In this document: positions 57,649 to 64,000 of the stretch, in pieces
How the letters are laid out: each line of letters begins with the position of its first letter
How positions within the stretch are numbered: position 1 is the first letter of the stretch
The notes under the pieces: model-generated
Databases searched by the model: none
The model's input: the letters and a program-made list of their open reading frames with translations, nothing else
What the model was told of the DNA's origin: nothing
Origin: an uncultured Verrucomicrobiae bacterium
GTDB taxonomy: Bacteria > Verrucomicrobiota > Verrucomicrobiia > Limisphaerales > Palsa-1400
Direction: 5' to 3'
DNA length: 64,000 nucleotides
Assembly: GCA_963707025.1 (NCBI GenBank)
Contig: CAVPOM010000016.1
Span: forward strand, 96,001 to 160,000
Position numbers and translations under genes: made by a program

Positions 57649-60600
57649 ATGAAAAGCACCCGGCACGCCAGCGATTATCAGACACCCCAACCCCGCATGC
57701 GCCGGAGCAGGCGTTTTTGCCGGGACCAATGGATTGTTCTAGCTATGGGCGCCTTGGGATGCCTGGGGACGAGGCCCGGGCAGGCGCAACAGGTGATTTT
57801 TCCGTTGCCGTTTTATGAACCGTTTCCCAGCGCGGTATCCATTGCCAACACTTCACCCAATGGCTATGCCTATGCCAATAACGAAGAGTTGGGCCAGCCG
57901 CTGAGCGAAGGCATCGGCGGCTATGCCGCCTGTTCCTCCAATGTCTGGACCATTGGCAACAGCATCAGCAGCTCTTGCGGCCGGATCTTATGCACCAATG
58001 GTGTATCGGGCCTGGAATACCCCGGCCTGACCAACGTGGACGCCGCCTATCAAACCGGCCTGTTCACCCTCTACTCCAAGGACACTTCTTCCACCAAGAA
58101 CCGCGGCGTCGCGATGGCCATACCGACCAACAATCCGGGCGCGCCGGAGGCGATCTACGCCTCCCTGCTGATCAACATTCAGACAAATCGGAACGCCGCC
58201 GGCACGCTGCCCTATCCATTTTTCGGTTTAACCACCTCCACCTCTGGCACCTCTGTCAATCAAAACGGCGCGTCCATTTTTCTGAACAGTTCCTTGCAAT
58301 TGCAGCTTTCCAAGAACTCGGCCACGCCGGCCCCGGCTGCGACCGCTCCGCTCCAGGTCAGCAACACCTGCCTGATTGTCATGCGCTACCAGTACAACAA
58401 TACGAATGCTCCTCCCAACACTAACGACGAGGTGGATCTGTGGGTCAATCCGATTGCCTTGGGCACCAACGCGGTTCCTCCACCGACGATTTCCATCACT
58501 AACAATGCCAATCTGGCGTCAAATTACTTTCACGGGATCGGCATATACGAATTACCCAACCCGCCCCAAATCTATATGGACGAGATTCGGGTGGCGACCA
58601 ATTGGGCCGGGGTTACTCCCGCCTTTCCTTCCCCCGGAACCATCTACAGCGTCACCGGCGGCGGTGCGGGCGGCACTGTGGAGTGCGGATCCTCCAGCGT
58701 CAACGTTGGCTTGAGCGGTTCGGATGTGGGGGTGGACTATTATCTTTATATGAATGCAATCGAAGTCACCAACAGCAGCGGACCTGTCTTCGTCCCCGGC
58801 ACCGGCACCGCCATCTCCTTCGGAGCGCAGACCGTGAGCGGGGATTACACAGTGCTGGGCAGCAATAACGCGACGCTCAATGTGGGATGGATGAGCGGCG
58901 ACGCCAACCTGTTGTTGCTGGTTCCGATTGCGATCACGGCGGAGCCCTTGCCGGTGAGCGTGCCGACGGGCGGGCTGGCGGCCTTCACCGTTGCCACCTC
59001 CGGCAACGGCCAGGTGTATCAGTGGTATAAAGGTGGCACGGCATTGGCCAACGGCGGCGAGTATTCGGGCGTCCAAACCTCCAATCTCGTCATTTATCCG
59101 GTGGGACCGGCGGATGCGGCCACGTCGGCCAACGGTTACTACGTCGTGGTCACGAATGCCTGCGCCTACTCGGCCACTTCGGTCACCAACGCGCTTGTGA
59201 TCGGCACTCCGAACAACCTTTTTTGGGTGGGCGATGGTATTTCCAATTTGTGGGATGTGGATACGTCCACCAATTGGGCCACATCCAGCGGCGGGGCCGC
59301 GACCTCGGTGTTTAATTTTGGCGACAATGTCACGCTTGACGACACTTCCTTCAACATCAACTTGGTGCTGAACAGCAGTTACCTGAGTCCCTCGACCATT
59401 ACCGTCAACGGCAGCGGGAATGCTTACCTCTTGAACGGTCCTGGCGCCTTGACCGGCCCCGGCAGCATCCTCATGAATAGTACCGCCAGCCTGACCCTGG
59501 CCGCGCCCAACACGGAAACCGGCGGCCTTGTCATCAGCAACGGCGTTGTCACCTTCACCCGGTCGGCCTGCCTTGGCAATGGCCCGATCACCCTGGCGGG
59601 GGGCCAACTGGCCTCGCCGAACGTCGGCACCGTCGGCATCTCCAATGTGGTCAATGTCACCGGCCCAGGCAGCACGATCGGGGTTAACAGCAGCGGCGGA
59701 CAGAATCTATACCTAACCAACAACCTCGTCGGGACATCGGGCAATTTGACCCTTGTGAACAATACCACCCGGGCGGCGAATCCATTAATCTTCTTTCTGT
59801 ATTCCAACCTGACCTTCAACCTGCCGGTGGACATCAATGTCGGGACGCTCGGAGGAGAGTTGTACTTGACATCCGGGAACACCAACGGGGTCCAGTCCTG
59901 GACCGGCCTCATCAGCGATGCGGGCGGGGTGGAGAGAAACGGCGCCGGAGGCACCACGTTGTTAAACAACAGTTCGAACACCTATAGCGGCGGCACGGCG
60001 CTGATTAGCGGCAATCTTGCCGTGGGTGCCAGCACCGTGTTCGTAACGCCGGCCACGGTGCCGCCCACCATTCAGTCCGGTCCTTTGGGGACCGGCCCGT
60101 TGGTCATTTCCACCAATTTGGTGTCGGGGGGGGCCGCCTTGGTCGCCTCGAACGGTCCGCAGTCGCTGGGCAACCCCATTGACTTTCAATTGGACATCGT
60201 GATACCGCCGTTCATAGTCGCCGGGTCACAGAGTCTGACGCTTGCCGGCGCCATAGACCTTTACGGAACCAACCGCACCCTGGAGGTTGACAACACCGGG
60301 GATACCACGCTGTCGGGTATCATTCTGGATAGCGTCAACGACGCGGCCATCGCCACGGCCCTCGCCAACTCCTTGCCGCCCCCAGCCCCCGGAGCTTTGA
60401 CCAAGACGGGCGCGGGCACGTTGTTCTATGACGGCGTCGAGGCCGCCGGCTTGACGGATGCCAGCGGCAATCCGATCGTCTTCGGGACGATCACCAACCG
60501 GGCTGGCACCCTCGCCGGTGCGGGCACGCTGGCTGGTCCGGTGGTGGTGGCCAGCGGGGCCAATATCGGGGTGGGAGATCGGGCGCAGATCGGCACGCTG

Positions 60601-61098
60601 ACCATCACCAACAACTTGACGTTGCAAGGTACCGCCACCTTCCGGATCAGCAAGACCGGCACTACCCTGACCAGCGACCTCATCACGGGAATCAGCAACG
60701 TCGTTTACGGCGGCAGCTTGGTGGTGACAAACGCCGGCCCAACGCCCCTGGCGGTTAACGACAGCTTCCAACTGTTCAGTGCCGCCAGCTTTTCCGGCAA
60801 CTTCACCAACATTACGAGCGGGTTTACCAACTACACCTTTAACCCGGCCACGGGTGTATTGACCGTGTCTCAGATCATCGCCAGCACTCCGACGAACATT
60901 TCCTTCAGCGTCAGCGGCGGCAACCTGAATCTGAGCTGGCCGGCAAACTACCAGGGCTGGATCTTGCAAACCAATTCGGTCAGCGTTGCCAGCCCAAGCA
61001 ACTGGTTCCCGTATCCCGGATCAACCTCGGTCTCCAGCGAAATCATCCCGATCAGTCATAATAACACCAACGTGTATTTCCGGATGGTCGCGCCATAA
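57649..61098 (+). CDS. Large secreted protein with Ig domain, autotransporter-associated beta-strand repeats and C-terminal YFR domain
   Basis: Signal peptide ...GQAQ; YQWYK Ig motif; NTYSGGT, LTKTGAGTL; ends LSWP..GWILQ..W...VYFRMVAP; no beta-barrel. Confidence 0.85.
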   Translation: MKSTRHASDYQTPQPRMRRSRRFCRDQWIVLAMGALGCLGTRPGQAQQVIFPLPFYEPFPSAVSIANTSPNGYAYANNEELGQPLSEGIGGYAACSSNVWTIGNSISSSCGRILCTNGVSGLEYPGLTNVDAAYQTGLFTLYSKDTSSTKNRGVAMAIPTNNPGAPEAIYASLLINIQTNRNAAGTLPYPFFGLTTSTSGTSVNQNGASIFLNSSLQLQLSKNSATPAPAATAPLQVSNTCLIVMRYQYNNTNAPPNTNDEVDLWVNPIALGTNAVPPPTISITNNANLASNYFHGIGIYELPNPPQIYMDEIRVATNWAGVTPAFPSPGTIYSVTGGGAGGTVECGSSSVNVGLSGSDVGVDYYLYMNAIEVTNSSGPVFVPGTGTAISFGAQTVSGDYTVLGSNNATLNVGWMSGDANLLLLVPIAITAEPLPVSVPTGGLAAFTVATSGNGQVYQWYKGGTALANGGEYSGVQTSNLVIYPVGPADAATSANGYYVVVTNACAYSATSVTNALVIGTPNNLFWVGDGISNLWDVDTSTNWATSSGGAATSVFNFGDNVTLDDTSFNINLVLNSSYLSPSTITVNGSGNAYLLNGPGALTGPGSILMNSTASLTLAAPNTETGGLVISNGVVTFTRSACLGNGPITLAGGQLASPNVGTVGISNVVNVTGPGSTIGVNSSGGQNLYLTNNLVGTSGNLTLVNNTTRAANPLIFFLYSNLTFNLPVDINVGTLGGELYLTSGNTNGVQSWTGLISDAGGVERNGAGGTTLLNNSSNTYSGGTALISGNLAVGASTVFVTPATVPPTIQSGPLGTGPLVISTNLVSGGAALVASNGPQSLGNPIDFQLDIVIPPFIVAGSQSLTLAGAIDLYGTNRTLEVDNTGDTTLSGIILDSVNDAAIATALANSLPPPAPGALTKTGAGTLFYDGVEAAGLTDASGNPIVFGTITNRAGTLAGAGTLAGPVVVASGANIGVGDRAQIGTLTITNNLTLQGTATFRISKTGTTLTSDLITGISNVVYGGSLVVTNAGPTPLAVNDSFQLFSAASFSGNFTNITSGFTNYTFNPATGVLTVSQIIASTPTNISFSVSGGNLNLSWPANYQGWILQTNSVSVASPSNWFPYPGSTSVSSEIIPISHNNTNVYFRMVAP

Positions 61099-61113
61099 AG
61101 TTAAATACATGCC

Positions 61114-61148
61114 CCCCGCGCCCCCGCGAAGGGCGCGGGGCTTTTTTT
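61114..61148 (+). terminator. Rho-independent terminator
   Basis: ccccgcgccc-ccgcgaa-gggcgcgggg stem-loop followed by c and T7. Confidence 0.85.
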
Positions 61149-61162
61149 GCGCTGCGGCAGTT

Positions 61163-63151
61163 TTACGGAAGTTGCAGCGCGTAAAACCGGCGCCCGAAAT
61201 TGGTTCCGGTCAAATTAGTAAAGAAGAAATTACCGCCGGCGTCGAATTGGTTGGTGGCCACGGGCGTCCATTGGCTCAAAGGCACTTCAATGTTCGTTGA
61301 AGTCAGGACATGGTAACTGCCGTTGGTCACGCCGCCGGCGCCGCTGAGAACCAAATGGCCGCTGGCGGCGTCAAAAACGACGCCCGTAAACCGCGGCGGA
61401 GACGGCAGTGAATTGGAAACCACGAGCAGAACCTGTCCCATCGTATTGGTGTCGAGCGCATAGGTGTAGCCTGCCAAGCCAGGCGTAGAACCCAAAACCG
61501 GCCGACCGCTCAGACTTCCCGTGTAAGTAAACAAAGCATAGTTGGTGGCGGTGAAACCGGCGCCGTTGGAGACGTTGATCGTGCTGTTGAGCGCCAGATT
61601 GCCCACGACCGTCACGGTACTGGCATTGGTTCCGAGGACAAAGGTCTGCGCCGTTGAACCTGGCAGCGCCAGACTGGTGGTGTCGGTCAGGATACCGGCG
61701 CTGATGGTAACCGGATTGGCGGCGAAGAGGTTGGTGCTGGCCAGGCTGGCGGTGGCATTCCAGAGCGCCAGGGAGTTTGTGCCGGCGGCTCCGCCGATCG
61801 TGATCGCCCGGCGGCCGGGTCCGGTGTTGCTGACGGTCAGGCCGGCGTTGCAGAGCGTAAGAGTATTGCCGCCGGCAAAATCAAATTCGCAGTCAATAAT
61901 ATTGACTTCCCTGACGTTATACAGGTCAAACGTCTGCGGAGCGGTGTTGGTGACGCGGATGAGCGTGACGTTGGAGATGGGCATTTCCGTGGGTCCCCAG
62001 ATGATTCCCCCAATATCGCCGCCGGGGGAACTGGCGAACAAATTGCTGATGGTGATGTCGCGCCAGAGGGGAGTGGCCGCCACCACCGGCGCCGCGTTGG
62101 AAGCCGCCAGGACCTCCGCGGGCGTGATGTGGTCGGGCGTGCCGGTGTCGTTGTAATAACTATAGATGACAACCGGCAGATTCACGTTGGTCATGGCGAG
62201 GCTGAGATAATTGAGGTTTCTCACCGGGGCGCTGCTGCTCATGTTGCATTTCATCCGGATGCCGTTTTCGGTGCCGTCGAAACTGCAGTTGATGACCGTC
62301 AAATTGGTGATGCCGGTCGTGACGCCGCTGCCGATGGAAACGCCATGGCCGCTGCCAAAAGTGCAATTGGTGATGAGCAGATCGTTGATCGGTCCGGTCG
62401 AGCCCAGGGCGATGTTGTCGTCGCCATCGCTGATGTGGCAGTTCTCGATGATGCTGTTGGTGGCGACGAAATTGAGCCCGTCGGTGTTCGGGGAAGGCGA
62501 AGGCGTGTTGACCGTCAGATTGCTGATCGTAATGTTGCCGCCGTTCTCCCGCAGGCCGCAGTGGTGATAGGGCGGATTTTGAAAGGTAATGTCGTGAATA
62601 AAAAGACGGTTGCAGGAATACAAGTTCAGCATCATGGGACGGACCAAACCGCCATTGGTGGCGTAAGCCGCCCACCAGGCCGCGCCCTGCCCGTCAATCT
62701 TCCCCCACCCGCTGATTTCCAGGTCGTGGACGTTGTCGCAGCCGATAAAGGTCTGGGCGCCGGTGGCGCCGCCGGGATAGGTCCCGAAGGGCAGCATCTG
62801 CAACATGGCATTGCTGTCCACCTGTAAGTCAATGCTACTGAGCAGGGTGATGGGGCCGCTCAAATAAGTGCCGGGCGGGATCTCGACGATGCCTCCGCCG
62901 GCGGCGCTGGCGGCGTTGATGGCGTTTTGAATATTGGTGGTGTTGTCTTGCACGCCGTCACCGATGGCGCCGTAATTCGTGATCACGAAAACATTGGCAG
63001 GAATGCCCGGCAACGCGGGGTTGGCAGCGTGAACCGGGCCAAGCGCGGTCAAAACGAACACAAGGAAGACAGCGGCACGAAGCATGGCATCGGAATTGAA
63101 ACACGATGCGATACCGCGGCCCTGTTCGTCAGTCATTTGGTTTCCAGCCAT
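61163..63151 (-). CDS. GH28 polygalacturonase with beta-strand linker and C-terminal FY domain (start probably ~63086)
   Basis: YGAIGDG, PNTDG, GDDNIA, GHGVSIGS, GIRMK; ends STN..PLSQWTP..RRFYALQLP. Confidence 0.92.
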   Translation of the reverse strand: MAGNQMTDEQGRGIASCFNSDAMLRAAVFLVFVLTALGPVHAANPALPGIPANVFVITNYGAIGDGVQDNTTNIQNAINAASAAGGGIVEIPPGTYLSGPITLLSSIDLQVDSNAMLQMLPFGTYPGGATGAQTFIGCDNVHDLEISGWGKIDGQGAAWWAAYATNGGLVRPMMLNLYSCNRLFIHDITFQNPPYHHCGLRENGGNITISNLTVNTPSPSPNTDGLNFVATNSIIENCHISDGDDNIALGSTGPINDLLITNCTFGSGHGVSIGSGVTTGITNLTVINCSFDGTENGIRMKCNMSSSAPVRNLNYLSLAMTNVNLPVVIYSYYNDTGTPDHITPAEVLAASNAAPVVAATPLWRDITISNLFASSPGGDIGGIIWGPTEMPISNVTLIRVTNTAPQTFDLYNVREVNIIDCEFDFAGGNTLTLCNAGLTVSNTGPGRRAITIGGAAGTNSLALWNATASLASTNLFAANPVTISAGILTDTTSLALPGSTAQTFVLGTNASTVTVVGNLALNSTINVSNGAGFTATNYALFTYTGSLSGRPVLGSTPGLAGYTYALDTNTMGQVLLVVSNSLPSPPRFTGVVFDAASGHLVLSGAGGVTNGSYHVLTSTNIEVPLSQWTPVATNQFDAGGNFFFTNLTGTNFGRRFYALQLP

Positions 63152-63195
63152 CGGCGCCTTTCAGGATATGTTCCACCGTACAAGCCTTGGCCTGG

Positions 63196-63543
63196 TCATC
63201 GGTTAATTGCCGGGTCCGTTTGAAACGCGCGTCCGGGTTCGGTCTGATTGAGAGCGCAAGTGAGGATCGCTTTTTCTGTATCCGCCCCGGCAAAGTGAAG
63301 GTGTCGCTTGGTTTTCGGCACGATGATCTGCCCCTGATACGTGCCGGGCTTGATGAAAATGACGAAGACGTTCGAGCCGTTGTCCGGCGCCGCGGCAAGG
63401 GCGGAGTGAAGATTGGTGCAGGCGCCTGAGCCGCCCTCGGCCACGACGGCATCATAATTCGCGGCGGCCTTCCGCGAAATTCCCGCGCCCAACATCACCG
63501 CTGGAGTGGCCCGGCCCCGGACGCGCGAAGCGTGATTTCTCAT
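63196..63543 (-). pseudogene. Truncated pectin methylesterase (N-terminal part only)
   Basis: VVAEGGSGACTNLHSALAAAP, IFIKPGTY, GADTEKAILT, then stops; no catalytic QDT/DFIFG. Confidence 0.75.
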
Positions 63544-63564
63544 AAAGTTAAGATATAACTTTGG

Positions 63565-64000
63565 TCATTCCAGACCGGTCGGCTTGGCGTCGTAAAGAAT
63601 CAGCTTCTCACCTCGTTCCACCTGGATTTGCGAAGAGGAGAATTGAATCTCCCGCGCGAAATAAATCTGCAACCCGGTGGCAGCCGAGATGTTCACCTGA
63701 TCCAATGTCACATTGGAAACGGGCGCTTCCGGCAGGCCGTAAATGGTGCCGGCGGTCGGACAATTGCTGGCGGTCAGATTGCGGATGGTGATGTTCCTGT
63801 CAATCGGGGTGCGATCATTGACCGGGACGTTGGTCGAGGTGGAAGGATCCTTGGGCGCGGTACTCTCCGGGTAATAGTCAACAATGTAAATGGGATGCTT
63901 CACATTATTCATGGTCAGGTTGGCGTAGGTGCAATTTTGCAGCACCCCTCCCCGGCCTCGCCCACTCTTAATGCGGATGCCGGAATCGGTGCCATCGAAC
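63565..64000 (-). CDS. GH28 glycosidase, 3' part (runs off window)
   Basis: FDGTDSGIRIKSGRGRGGV at the window edge; YANLTMNNVKHPI, GLPEAPVSNVTL. Confidence 0.85.
   Translation of the reverse strand, partial: FDGTDSGIRIKSGRGRGGVLQNCTYANLTMNNVKHPIYIVDYYPESTAPKDPSTSTNVPVNDRTPIDRNITIRNLTASNCPTAGTIYGLPEAPVSNVTLDQVNISAATGLQIYFAREIQFSSSQIQVERGEKLILYDAKPTGLE

Overview
High-GC bacterial chromosomal window. Gene content (GloVer/PKD and autotransporter-repeat exoproteins, STK-WD40 plus TIGR02999-type ECF sigma, extended RuvC/RimO) suggests Verrucomicrobiota subdivision 3; this is inference, not a database result. It holds a Pls-like single-module membrane NRPS (5' truncated), a DUF3300/DUF2950 pair, tRNA-Lys(UUU), four large secreted repeat proteins and a housekeeping block (DnaJ-class protein, YchF-like protein, valS, cimA, rodZ-like/rimO/pgsA/pgpA, ruvC). 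It also holds a TM-GH15-like/GH13 pair, a kinase/ECF/NHL module, a decaying corrinoid methyltransferase cluster and many pectin enzymes (CE8, PL10, three GH28). The most striking non-obvious structure is an HUH (RAYT-type) transposase bounded by 24-bp terminal inverted repeats. Each end is extended outward by its own T-NN-AAGGGG tandem units, and a 142-bp copy of the left end 2.07 kb upstream encloses two cargo genes. Other signals are a shared '...STN/DL..W...RFYR' C-terminal domain (also present as an orphan fragment), a 40-bp motif repeated upstream of the kinase and NHL genes, palindromic repeats read in frame in front of two pectinase signal peptides, three antitoxins with missing or truncated toxins, and leaderless promoter geometry. 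About seven single-base frameshifts in otherwise intact genes look like sequencing indels. No CRISPR array, rRNA or prophage was seen.
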